From Balanoglossus misakiensis (Eukaryota > Animalia > Hemichordata), in the NCBI GenBank assembly GCA_040954595.2, contig CM082584.2, forward strand, positions 978,281-1,042,280: a stretch of DNA of 64,000 bases, written 5' to 3'. Every line of letters starts with the position of its first letter. Within the stretch, counting starts at the first letter, position 1. Made by a program: the position numbers and the translations under genes. Of this stretch, positions 34,739 to 47,176 are shown in pieces. The notes under the pieces are model-generated. The model ran no database searches. It worked only from the letters and a program-made list of their open reading frames with translations, and was not told the DNA's origin.

Positions 34739-35737
34739 GTGAGTGAATTTTTTTATCATTCATACATAAACTTTAAAAATTAATTAATATCTTGACAAAT
34801 TGTCATCTCTACCCCTTGTTATGTCTTGTCACATACTGTAAAACGGGACATTTTCGTGACAGAAAATATTTTGCAATATATCAAAAGAGGCAACTGTGAC
34901 ACGAGAATTAAATTTCCGCATTCTAGTATTTTACTAACTACTCTGTTATCTCTGAAAAACATTTTATGCGACTTTATTTTCTTCTTCTTTTTTGACGAAG
35001 TTTGGGAAAATTTGCCGTTTTACAGTAATATGATTGCATCATTATCACTTTTGTCCCTATGTTACTATCAAAAATTATAACAACATCATTCAGAACATAC
35101 AAGGACACTCAAACCCGTCTAAAACAAACCCTGTCTAATCGGGAAACCTCTCTTCAACCAACAGCTTTTCCTAGTCCCTTTTACATAGAAACATGTTAAT
35201 GTGTTGGTGTTCTGTTTAAAAGATTTGACTGTGTAATAAATATGGGTGTCACACATACACCATTAAGACAGTTCTGAAGCATCTCAGAATTGATACTGTC
35301 TTAAAAAAACATGTGTGGACGGTGTAAGTGGTCCTGAAACGTCTCAGATTTTAGACGGCTCTGCCAGCCAGACCTGAGCCGGTGTAAGGATTAACACCTC
35401 TCCGCAACCCATTGTCTATGGGGCCGAGCCTCAGCGCCCATACATAAACTTTGTGTGTGTGGACACAACATGACTCAAAGGATTAATGCTCTGTGGTTAG
35501 AACTGGCAAATAGTGTCTCAAATTTTACCCTGTGTGAACCTGGTAAAAGAGGCATTGTGCCCTAGTTGCTAGGGTTGTGGGTTCGTTACCTAGACCTGGA
35601 CATTTGGGTAGTATTTGCCTGTTGGATGATATATGAGACACAGACATTTGGGTAGTATTTGCCTGTTGGATGATAGATGAAATAAAATTAAAAAAATATA
35701 TATAGACAAATAAACTGTGTTCTCCTTTCTTTTACAT

Positions 35738-35930
35738 CATTTGATTGTGAAAAGCCAGCACCACCAGTTAAAGGTATTTCCATCTGTAATGAGTTTGAGT
35801 CGGGTGTGTTCTGTCAGGTGGATTGTTTACCAGGATACAAGTTTGCAAGCACCTTACTATCTCTGCCATAGTGAAGGATCTTTTAATCCTGAGAATCCAG
35901 ACGAGGAATTCACCTTCCCTGGATGTTCAG
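35738..35930 (+). pseudogene. Sushi-like exon with 8-bp frameshift
   Basis: 193 nt versus 201 nt in the left arm; CTGCCAGC is missing after 35850. Confidence 0.75.
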
Positions 35931-36333
35931 GTGAGAAAAAAATGATTTGGTATCAGTAAAGAAATATAATCAGGTTGCACATGCACATTCAGAAAATTCT
36001 CCAAAGAGAGAGAGTTGTGAGAGGGGGTATTCCAGCATTGAGACAATTTTCTTTTAGTTATAAATGAAAAGAGAAATATGAGTAATGCAAATTCTTGCTT
36101 TACAGTATGTCAAGGTTGTGATTACAGGTAGATAATTTGTTAACATCATATCTGCTTACCCCAATATAAAGCTCCAGTACATTTGAGCTATTTTCTTAAT
36201 ATTTTGTTCTGGGTAAGCAGCTGTAACTTTCCTGATTGGCTAAGCGGTTTCGCAGTCTAAGTCAATACATCGTTCGCTAGATTGAAAATTGCATCTTTAA
36301 CAAAATTTGTTTGTTTGTATTGTTCTACTGCAG

Positions 36334-36586
36334 CTCCTGGGAAGACTCAACGTGGAGTGAATTGTGGCGTGTCATACAATTCACAGGCTGGTACATGTAA
36401 CAATGGTGTCATCCAGCAATTGAGGATCAGTTTTATGAACACTATCAACTATCTGAATGATTTGTTTGGTATTTGTGGCGGTGAATGCAACTTTGATGAC
36501 CTTGAAATAACCTGCGGCGCCTCAAACCGAAGAAAGAGACAGGCTGATACTCAGCTTGTGGTTCAGTTCAGTTTCACAACCAATGC
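36334..36586 (+). CDS. Exon with furin-type RRKR site
   Basis: CAG and GTGAGT splice sites. Confidence 0.8.
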
Positions 36587-37154
36587 GTGAGTAGTAATTG
36601 TTATTTTTCGAGTATTTCATTCCCCTTCTGTTCTATTGAAATGACTTTGGTGACATGTCTAGGGTACTGATCCCAGGCTGTGTGAGGACCAGCTCTGTAT
36701 TCCCTATACAGCTGGTGTTTGCATTATTGCAAAATATTCCATTCATGCAAGTGAAAACAAATTATTTTGTGTCTTAACACTCAAACATTTTCAGTTTTTG
36801 GCAACCCCATCATTTCTGCCCACCTTCCTTCATGTTGCGGCATCCTGTATTCTAAAGATTCATGCATTCGAAATATACTGCAAAACGTGTTATTTTCGCG
36901 AGCAGTAAATTTCTGCAAAACATGTGCTGGTCAAAAAAACGTTAAAATAAAAAGTTGTGTAAAATGTTTTTGGAGATAATGATGCAGTTAGTGAAATACG
37001 AGAACTCGAAAATTCGTCCTCACGTAACAGTCGCCTCTTTTAATATCGCGAAAATTTCCTGTCGTGAAAACAACTCAGTTTACAGTACACACTTCTGGTT
37101 GGTATTGTAATGTGGCATATGTAAGAATTTTTTGCCTGTTGTTTTATCCATTAG

Positions 37155-37303
37155 CTCTGCTGATGCTGCAGCTGTAGTTATTGAAGATGCAGTCAAGAAT
37201 GGTCCTTTTGATACAGCTGAATATTCGGTCGACGCTGAGACATTACAAGTTGAAAGTACAATATTCTGTTCCAATGGTAGTGTTCTTGTTGGAGAAGAAT
37301 GTG
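37155..37303 (+). CDS. Linker exon
   Basis: TAG and GTGAGT splice sites, in phase. Confidence 0.75.
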
Positions 37304-37897
37304 GTGAGTGCCTATACTCCTCAGTTGTTATGTACTTTAACCCTTTCACTCCCAGTTTCCTCTATAGAGGTCAAACCTTACAATAGAAAACAATTGGTTT
37401 GGACTGAACCATGGTGGTGAAAGGATTAAAACTGTGTCCAAAATTAATATTATAAAAAGGTATAGATGTTAATATGTTTTTATCGCCTGATATGACCTGT
37501 TAGGTGGGGCGTATTGCTGCGAGTGTGGTTGTGAGTCGCAGTGTACAAATTAAAGACAAGTGTGAGTGGTAAATACAACCCAACCAAGAGGTGATATAAG
37601 GAAATAATTGATTTGATATGCTCATACCAAGGAGGGACAAAGTCTCTTTCTCGCTGCCCTTTTTCCATTAATTATGTTTGATAGAAGACACAGTTAATGT
37701 TATTCTACATGTGGATATATAGTGAATCAACATTCAACCACACACAACTGCAATCCCACTTGTAGACACAAGAGTGAAAAACTGGCCAAAATGAATGCTG
37801 TGTGTTACAATTGTAGTTGTGTTTTAAACCATTAATGCATAATGATCAGTACATGAACAATGTATACATCTGCCTTCAACATTTTGTATTTCCACAG

Positions 37898-38059
37898 TAT
37901 TGTGTCCTGAAGGGTCGTACCATGACACTGAGCTGAGTCAGTGCCATCCTTGTGCAATTGGATATTATCAACCCCTTGAAGGACAAACAGCATGCAATGC
38001 CTGTCCAAATAATGGAGTCACCAGGGGAAAGAGATCATTATCCATCTTGCAGTGTTTTG
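37898..38059 (+). CDS. Ephrin-receptor-like Cys-rich repeat exon
   Basis: CxxCxxGxYQ..CxxCP pattern; canonical splice sites. Confidence 0.85.
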
Positions 38060-38319
38060 GTATGTATAACAGAAGGCAATATCTCCTCCTCGTCCACAGC
38101 CATAGCCTAGTATCTAGCCGTATTTTGTCCGCTTTGCTTCCAAAACTAGCGTCTAGCCTCACTCATGCCACTGGCCCGATAAAACCCCATACCCCTTGCC
38201 GGGAATTGTGACGTATATATCAAATTATTGTGGTGTGATCCAATATGGAAAGAATGACAATTGGAATGTTCATCTCTTTGGTTGAAAAAATAATTTTTCA
38301 ACAATGATGTCTATTGCAG

Positions 38320-38481
38320 AGAGGTGCGATGTTGGTCACTACTTTGACAACGGGACTTCTCAGTGCCAAAGCTGCCCCATTGGATTCTGGCAATCAGAAG
38401 AAGGAAAGTTTGTGTGTAATACTTGCCCAAAGGGAATGCTTACATTAGTTGAAGGAGCTACTGATGAGTCACAATGTCAGG
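38320..38481 (+). CDS. Ephrin-receptor-like Cys-rich repeat exon
   Basis: Same pattern; canonical splice sites. Confidence 0.85.
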
Positions 38482-38725
38482 GTAGGTACTTGTGTTATTT
38501 GCTATTCTTGACTATCAATCACATGATCTGGCCATGTGACGTACCCATGGCGTTATCATTTGTAAGTGACAGGCAAGCAATATTTCGGCATCCAGTAAAC
38601 TTTTTTCCGAGTAGGTTTTTACTTAAGAACCGCCAGATATGTAACATATTCAACAGTTTAACAAATTCACGTGAGTGAAAAGCAGATAATCGTGAATATC
38701 AAAAAATTAATCTTCTCAATTACAG

Positions 38726-38893
38726 AGGTATGTAAATCAGTGGGAGTCCAACTTAGTGTCAATGGGTCTTGTGAGTCGTGTCCCATGGGAACCTATCAAT
38801 CAAATGCTGAACTTCAGCCATCTTGTATGCCGTGCCCATTTGGCTTCACCACAAGAACAGTCGGTTCAACCTTAAGTGAAGATTGTAATGTTT
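38726..38893 (+). CDS. Ephrin-receptor-like Cys-rich repeat exon
   Basis: Same pattern; canonical splice sites. Confidence 0.85.
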
Positions 38894-39030
38894 GTAAGTA
38901 TTATGTATACAACTTTTCATGTTGTATCTCAACTGTACTGAACTGAAGGTTGTATTATTGTGCCTCAGTTGTTCAGAATAATGATAGTCCTCCAATTTTA
39001 TTCTATGCTCTTTTTCCATTCCATCAACAG

Positions 39031-39192
39031 CTTACTGCAATGTTGGTTGGTACTTGAATCAGGAGTCCTATAGATGTGAGAAATGCCCTGTTGGAACATA
39101 TAACTTTGAATTCAACCAGGATGCTTGTCAACCATGCCCAACTGGCTACACTACAGGCAGAGAGGGTGCCCTATATGAAACAGAATGTGATG
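39031..39192 (+). CDS. Ephrin-receptor-like Cys-rich repeat exon
   Basis: Same pattern; canonical splice sites. Confidence 0.85.
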
Positions 39193-39761
39193 GTAGGAAT
39201 AAATTTTTCATAATCATAGAACTGATAACATGCATGAAGTGCTTGTGGAGATCAACCTTAACTGTTCAATCTGACACAAACACTTCATTATAAGAAATTT
39301 TCTTCTTTATTTAGAGTATTATTTGATATGTTGTGTGATCCAATATTTTTATAAAATTTAATAATGCTCCTCTTTTAACACCTTTTCTGAAAATTTCACG
39401 GAAATAACAATATTGTAATACTGTTTTCTCAGAATTCTACATGTTAGGCTATGGAATGTGATAACCATGCACTGCATCTGGGTAGTCATCTAACTTAAAG
39501 GTATACAGTCACCTCCAATTTACAAACGCCCATATATGGCTGAAATGGAGTATATGAGAGTTCTAAAGAACATATGGTGGCGCTCTTTTTTGCATGTGCC
39601 ACCCACTGAAAATCTGTGATTGGCTAGATCTCCTTTTGCCATGGTAACTATAGCTAATTTTCCATAGGTGACCGTATACCTTTAACTGGTGATATGTATG
39701 AAGATCCCATAGTTTTATTTGGTGGTCAGTTAAAGACATTGCAAGAATTTTTGTTTTCTAG

Positions 39762-39884
39762 ATGCACATGAATGTCGTCTTGGTCTGGATGACTGTCACC
39801 CAAATGCCACTTGCAGGAATCTTGTACCAGGATATGAATGCACTTGCAAAACTGGTTTCACTGGTGATGGAATAACTTGTACAG
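39762..39884 (+). CDS. Calcium-binding EGF exon
   Basis: Six-Cys EGF pattern. Confidence 0.85.
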
Positions 39885-40177
39885 GTATGTAACTATCTAC
39901 AACTGAAATGTCAACAGAAATATGTACAGCTAAAACGTAGACACTACTGTTGATTTAGTATCTCTCTTGCTGCCCTTTTTCCATTAATTATGTTTGATAC
40001 AAGACACTGTTTATGTTATTCACCCGGTACATGTGGATATATAGTGAATCAACGTTCGACAGCACACAACTTCCATTCCGTTTGTAAGAAATGAATCTGC
40101 AAGTGGGTTTAGTTCTTGTCTAATACAAATGGTTCGTCAGGTAGAATAATGTGATGTGATTTTATTCTTGTGTCTAG

Positions 40178-40306
40178 ATAAATGTGAAGGGTTCTGCTCA
40201 AACAATGCTGTTTGCATCAAGGACAGTGATGGCAATCCTGTTTGTGAATGTACTGATGAATATCAAGGTGAAACTTGCCGCCAGAGAATACCAATGCAAG
40301 TTAAAG
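40178..40306 (+). CDS. EGF exon
   Basis: DKCEGFCSNNAVCIKDSDGNPVCECTDEYQGETC. The exact donor is uncertain because its phase does not match the TM exon. Confidence 0.8.
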
Positions 40307-40573
40307 GTGTGTATACATTTCTTTGTCTTTTAATAACTCAAGATTGAAAAACAATATTCACTAAAGTTTACACATTTGTTTGATCTACATGATTACAGTT
40401 TACGTTGTCTTGAAAATATTTGTGAAAATGGTGAAACTGCAACATCTGCAGTATAACTAGATTTTTGGTCAACTAACCATTTTACAATAGTTAAGCATCA
40501 TAATGAATGGTTTTCTTGCTTTTATCGTAGCATATCGCCCCCGTGACAAATAGAAATATTTAAACTCTTACAG

Positions 40574-40662
40574 ATTCCTCCAGCTGTCATCATTGGTGGT
40601 GTTGCGGGAGGTTTAGCGGCTGTGTTAGTGCTTGGTGTAATAATGTTACTCATGTACCAACG
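40574..40662 (+). CDS. Transmembrane exon
   Basis: IPPAVIIGGVAGGLAAVLVLGVIMLLMYQR; CAG and GTAAGT splice sites. Confidence 0.85.
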
Positions 40663-41014
40663 GTAAGTTATTTAGTACTACCAGAGTAGAATCGAGACAG
40701 CTGTAGAAATGTTGCCCATCAGAAAACTGGGAATTTACCTGTATCTTTCCATACATGCATGAGGCAACGTGAAAAATAATCTCATCTGTATCGTGGAAGC
40801 AAATTTATTCAAAGAGTTCATGCATAGACCTATTAGCGTATAGGGTAACTGCAGGGCATCATGGTATAATTTGCGTTCAACATGCATGGCGGCTAACAAG
40901 GCAAAGTCACGCGACCAGACCGCAAAGTGTCCAACAACCACCTGCGTTATTCTACAGTAGTAACAACATCACAACAAATCCCACATTGATGATGTTCAAC
41001 TATTTGACATTCAG

Positions 41015-41279
41015 GTGTGCTCTTGGAGGAAAGAAACATCCAGGCTGGGAAGAACAAGAGGCAACTATGGATATCCATTGGTTTGATGATACAGATGATG
41101 TTGATAGCAAGGCAGGGAAAAGTGTGGAAGATGAGGAAGCCTTCAGAGAAATCTATCACTACAATCCCATGTATAGTGGCGACAGTGGTAGTGCCAGTGG
41201 AAGTGAGGAATGGAGACCAAGGCCTCTTAAGAGTAGAAATGAACTATTTCATGAGAGTCACGGAGACAGATACTTCTAA
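41015..41279 (+). CDS. Terminal exon, acidic cytoplasmic tail with NPxY
   Basis: In phase with the TM exon; ...EIYHYNPMY...RYF-stop. Confidence 0.8.
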
Positions 41280-42918
41280 TGTGCCATCTCTGTGTGTACA
41301 TGTATGGTATAATTCAAATGATAACTAGAATGGTTTTCATTTTGTGAGTTGACACAGTACTGTGATAAGCTTGGTATAATCCCATAAATGATAACAATAG
41401 TAGTTATGCTTTGTCAGACGACAGTACTGTGATAAGCGCACATTAAATTGGTTGGAGTGAAACAGATCTTTATTATTACACTCTTAGCAACATCTGAATG
41501 AAATGATCATAAATAATCATCTTTAAAGTATGTTGGTTATAAGGTTATATATTTTACATATTTTAAAGAATTTTCCTTAAAAATTTGTTATGACTTATTA
41601 TAAGGTATTGTGTAATGAAAAAGATATGATAATACGAGAATTCCTAAACAACAACATATTTTTGTTGAATTTGGAGGACAAATTTAACAGTGTACCAATT
41701 CAGCTCTCCCTTTGCATGCTGACTTGCTTCTGTATTCATACAAGGCAGCATTTATCCTTAACTTGATCAGGTAGAAGGTCTTTTCATCCAAATGCATAGA
41801 TTATGAATTATTTCTCTCAATATATTCAGTGACTACCTCCCGATGATATATATCCTCCTGAATTAGTGCTTCAAATTTTGATATTTTTCTTGATATTTTT
41901 CTTTAATTTGACTTCAACCGTCACCATTCTCCAAGACTGTAAAAGAAGGGAGATGATGATTAACTATTATCAATTTTTTTGCCCCTTGTACTGTCTTTAC
42001 AACTGGCCGTATAAATCTGATATTTGTTTGGCATGCGAATTTTGGAATATGGATGTGTATGATCACAATTATAAGATCCTCAAAATAAAAGATCCTATCA
42101 TTTCATTTGGTTAATAACCAGTTCATTGGTGAATGGAAATATAGTTACTCACTTTGAGACCTGACATGTATATATAATAATTCAAAGTATTTATTCGCAT
42201 ATTTTTATATTATTCATGGTGTTATAGATCAATGGAAATTTTTCAAATTAAATTCATGTATATAAAATGTAGCAATGTAATGTCATATGTGAAACCCTTA
42301 ATCTTGATATTGTAATTCATTGTAGAATATGATTATATTGTGTTATTCACTCAACTTGTGCATGTATGTTTAAGATTCATGCAAAATTACTTTTTTATAC
42401 AAACTGTTCCTTTTTGTGTTGTTCGGAGGTGACAACTCATCAACAATGAAATAAGTTTGGGAAATTTTTGAACAAAGTCATGAAGTGGAAGTACTATAAA
42501 TAAGTTTAATATCTGTTTGAGTTGTCCTGCCAGAAGTCAACATTTTTAGCTTATACAAATACTGGTGCAACTACAGAACAGTTGAAGAATTTCATCATTA
42601 TATTTATGTTTTAATTACAAGTATATCAATTGTACCTTTTCCTTATATTAAAAGCATATTTTTATTATAATATTTAACTGAGTTCTTTGTCTACTTTTTT
42701 AAACTGACAATTTGTCAGTCATTACCATAACCCTGGATTGTATTTCACTGTGTCCACAGATTCTTCTGTAGTTGTTATAATAAGACATCAAACCAGGTCC
42801 AATAATCAATATTACTCAGGCTAAGCTAATTACCAGGTCCAGGTTCAAAAAAGAAATAAGAGAAAAACTTACAATTTCAACAGGATCATCTTGAACCACT
42901 GCTAAGTGGTAGTACTCG

Positions 42919-43368
42919 CACAAGGGGGCTGCAAACATGAAAGTTATAAATGGCGGAGTTCCTGCATTTTCCCCCAATAAACATTAATTGATGAACAATC
43001 TTTGTGCTTGTTTATTTTTCTGTGTTACCTCCACCTGTCTTAGCAGTTGCTAATCCAGAATACAAACTATTGCATTTCCCATTAAGCACCTGCTAACGAC
43101 TTAATCTGTGTGCCCCATCCACGGATTTAGTGGATTAAGTAAACATCGGTCAGTTCTCACTTGGTAAGAGAATACCCAGTACTCGCTGACCGATGTTTAC
43201 TTTATTAACTTAATCCGTGGATGGGGCACACAGATTAAGTCGTTAGCAGGTGATTAATGGGAAATGGATAGCTTTTATTCTGGATTAGCAAATGATAAGA
43301 CAGGTTGGGAAAACGCAGAATGGAACGTACTTCGCCATTTATAACTTTCATGTTTGCAGCCCCCTGTG
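42919..43368. mobile_element. ~450-bp fold-back MITE
   Basis: Ends AGGGGGCTGCAAACATGAAAGTTATAAATGGCG and its reverse complement; arms pair inward to a ~30-bp loop at 43154-43185. Confidence 0.8.
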
Positions 43369-45989
43369 GTACTAGGTGTCGGAAATGGGTAAGCACACCC
43401 TTCCAGCATGCTACACCCGTTAAGACTGACCCAAAGAGACAGATTTAAGTTGAATTTGACTTAACTAACAAATTACTGTTGCAAGTCAAATCCATATTTT
43501 GACTTTATCTCTGACTGAGCGCAGCGTTGTCTGAGAGACACTCCACGTCTTCCTCTTCACAAGCAGCCCACTTCAAGTTTCAGCAACATCCATAATAGTC
43601 CTAAAGTTGAGGTGCCAGTTAAAATTAGGTTTTTGGACCAAACTGGAATAGCTGCCGAAGTTTGGTATTTCAAATGATTGTCAGGTCACCTGTTTATTAT
43701 ATGACTGTGAGGTTTCTAACAAAAGGGAGATGACATACAATCACAAGTGTAAATCCAATATTGAACATTACTTAAAGGGACAAATTGTTCAAATCCTCTT
43801 TTGAGCTTATTTGGTCAATTTTGTTTGATATGAAATGTGCCTATTATGCTGTTTGACTTCTTTAAACATGCTTAAATACTGGCCAATAAATAACTCCACT
43901 ATGTTTGAAATTAAACCAGATAGTACAATAATACATTCCAAATGTCATCTGTGATAACATCATGCTTTGGACTTTTTTACTTTATATATTACATAACATG
44001 TTACGGAGGGGGGGGGGAGAGAGGTGAGAAAAGGAATGTGAGAAAGGAGAAGAAAAGCAAGAGGGCGGAAATGAGAATGTCAGGATGGAAAGGGAATGAG
44101 GGGAGGACTTTGACAGAAGGGGAGGGGAGAGACCGAATAAGTGAAGGTGAGAGAGGAAGTGGTTAGACAGGAAGAAAGGGAAATTAAAGCTCAATCACCA
44201 CCACCACCACCACAATCATCATCATCACCATCATTGCCATCATCATTCTGGAGGCATCGTGGCATGTATTGGCCCATGGGCATCATGGGCCAAAAAAACT
44301 GATTCAGTGTAAATGTGCATAAACCACACTTTTGTACGAACTCCTGTAACCGGTGACGCAAGTCGTGAGTGAATTTGTGGGCGTGTCGCGACCTTTTCTG
44401 TGAACGTGATGCAGAGTGATATATTGATGACCCCCAGCCACCCCCACACCCTTTGGTAACACACTTCTTAAACTTTCTTTACATAGAATGGACTTCTCAA
44501 ACCTTCCTTACCAAAGTTCTGATTAAAGATATCTATCTTCTAGGGTACTACCAACAGCGTTTCACGTGACTGTAGACAAGCATCAAGTACCTGTACACAG
44601 ACAAGGGCGTGCGCGCGTCCACAATAATTTAAAACGAATGTTTCCACCGCCGTGTGTTTTATGCACATAAACACTGAATCAGCTTTAATATTGTCCCATG
44701 ATGCCCCGTGAGTTGTCAGGGTACCAAACTGACAATGCTGGAGAAAAAATGAAGTGTTGACATGCATGTTGTTGAGGGGTTTCACAATGCATGTTACGGA
44801 CGCTGGTTTCTCTTAGCAATAGAGTAGAGGCGTAAGGATGGGTTGATCTTGTGATTAAGAATTTTGGCAAAGAAACAGAAATTGTGTCATTTAGTTTTGT
44901 ATTAAACCCCATTCGCGTATTTTGTGTTAAAGCACGAAATACTGCAATAATGAGATACGGTAGTATTTAACACATATAATATAGGTTATAATATAGCTTT
45001 ATCAATACCAGTGAATTTTGTGACGTCATTGCTGTACATTTTTTTATCTTTTATTTAAAACGCACAATGTTACATCAACAAATCAAAAGAAGAAACGAAC
45101 TGAAAACTCACATCATAGCTTCAAAATTTATTACACTTTCTGGATGGTTGCATGATTCCTAAGGCTTGTATACCTTCAACCTCAATGTCACGCGGGAGGA
45201 TTGGTGTTGGGAATGTAACGGGGAATTAAACTCTATCGATGGGGATAACTCGCTTGGCTAATACTGAGAGGTACATATATGGAATCGTGCTGACGTCCAG
45301 ATACATCGACACGAACACTGGGTATTTATGGTAGCAACTGAGAATATAAGAATTTAATGAAATAAACCTACTCGACCACTTGCGTTCTGAGGACAAGAAG
45401 GACACAAATAGTCCGCCATCCAAAAGACCGTTCCAGCATTTTATTTTTACCCGCCAAAAGACGCGGAGATATATTTTTAGATGAATGATCCATGCATACT
45501 CTGATTGCATAGTACTTGTCTTCCTTGTGTTCCTTAAAACAATGAATGTATTGTATTTTCTTTTCTTTTCATCAGGAATGCGATAACTTTCTTAACACTT
45601 CAAAAGTTTCTTTACTCTTCAATCACTTCTGTCTCAACTTTTAAGTTTAACTTTTACTTCCAAATCTCAGGTCACAAACTCTATAGACTGCTAAACAATT
45701 TTCTTCCTAGTGTTGTATGCGCCACTTGTGAATTTTTGCGAGTGAGATTCACGGGCGTTTGAGCACAATTTATACAAAATATGTTTATCGCCATTAGAAA
45801 AACGTTCGCGTAGAATCAATGACGTCATGGTAAATTTTAGCTGCATGCTCCAATAGGGATGATAGGGAGACTACTTGTTGTAGAGCACCTGAAAATGTAC
45901 GTATTTCGTCACTTCCTTTTCGCGAAATTTAATTCTTAACGGCATCTTAGTTTTAAGATTTGTGATTCCTTTTTTCTTCAGTTGTACAT

Positions 45990-46260
45990 TTGCATCACAG
46001 AATACTTCTTTGTAGACTATCGAACCTTGGCATCTCAGACACAGTACTAACATGGTTTACATCTTACCTTCAATATAGATATCAAACTGTAATCATCGAA
46101 AACACTGCAAGTTCACAGTCACCTCTCGTATACGGGGTGCCACTGCCCCTCTGTTGTTCACCATTTATATAGCCCCACTTTATAGTAAACCGATTCGTCC
46201 CCACATCCTACAATTTCATCAGTACGCCGATGATAACCATCGATACCTCGCCTTTTCCCA
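45990..46260 (+). mobile_element. Degenerate non-LTR retrotransposon (L2/CR1-like) reverse transcriptase fragment
   Basis: HRILLCRL..LGISDTVLTWFTSYL..RYQTV...YGVP, then frameshifted PLLFTIYI and FHQYADD (46214-46234). Confidence 0.85.
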
Positions 46261-47176
46261 TCAAGATTCAACCTCTGACGTTCCTGTCTTCTAAGGATTG
46301 TTGAACTTTAATTCATGCAGTTTGTTGTTACGGCCGGTCGTCCTCCGGACGTTTACCTCATCGGCTTCTGTGGGGAATCAGCCACGTCCGAAAGCTGACG
46401 GCGTACATTCTCTCCATCTCCTTCTCCACCCAACATATTCATAATGTCCGAGAGAGGTACCCGGCAGATCGTAAACCTTTTGTAGACAGAGACTTGCAAG
46501 AAGTTTTCCGAGTAACACAAAGTTCTGGTTTATTACTGGTCACACGTAAGAATTACACGACTCGATCCATGCTCGTTGACTCCCATCACGGATCTCCGGT
46601 GATAAATGTGTGATCTCAAATTTCACCACACCTTATTAATACGTTAGTCAAGTATTAAGTCATAAAAGGAACACGTCATCTTGATATTTCTTAAACATGA
46701 ACTTAGCGCGTGATATCTCTATCTCGTTCTGACATGTATCAATTACACAATCTTGTTTACTCTGGGTCAAGTACCAATGTCAATACTGGACTAAAACCAT
46801 ATAAGTGAATGACTTCTTAATAAACGTAATCATAAACAAGATCTATGATCGTTAAAACTCAATCGTGACACTTGTATTACCGCTGGTTTCTCATGATTGT
46901 TCATGCATCGGGGAATCTGTAGCGATGAGGTAACGGGCTCTGACGAGAACCGTGATCCACAGAGAAACGTATCTGATTTACGTTCATTTATTGTCCGGAA
47001 TTATTATAGTACATCAAATACGCCCAGTAAAGTACATGAGGAAGGGAACGAGCTCAGTAGCCTGAGGTACTCCCATCTCCCGTTAGATTATTCTCCCCTA
47101 ACTTGGGAAACAAAGTTCTCTTATAATTACTTTTCTCAAGGCGTGGTTAACCATGTAAAATATCACAAATACATGT

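Larger units (their letters stand above)
24401..40069. repeat. Right arm of large inverted duplication
   Basis: Mirror of 1-22344 with scattered SNPs and small indels. Contains 30584-33069, which the left arm lacks. Confidence 0.97.
29686..41279 (+). pseudogene. Right-arm copy, 3' part of an Uninflatable/SVEP1-like type I membrane protein gene (pentraxin-EGF-HYR-sushi-RRKR-4x ephrin-receptor-like-2x EGF-TM-NPxY tail)
   Basis: 15 exon-like segments ending at stop 41279. The sushi exon has an 8-bp frameshifting deletion relative to the left arm and an AT acceptor. No 5' exons were recognised. Confidence 0.72.

Noticed and set aside
43942-44245. Basic ORF 43942-44166
   Set aside because: Purine-rich low-complexity tract next to a (CAC/CAT)n repeat.
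45021-45827. CRE sites (TGACGTCA at 45021 and 45820) as a promoter
   Set aside because: No associated gene start is visible, and short motifs alone are insufficient.
46326-47169. Solo LTR starting TGTTAC
   Set aside because: No matching second terminus, TSD, PBS or PPT could be identified.
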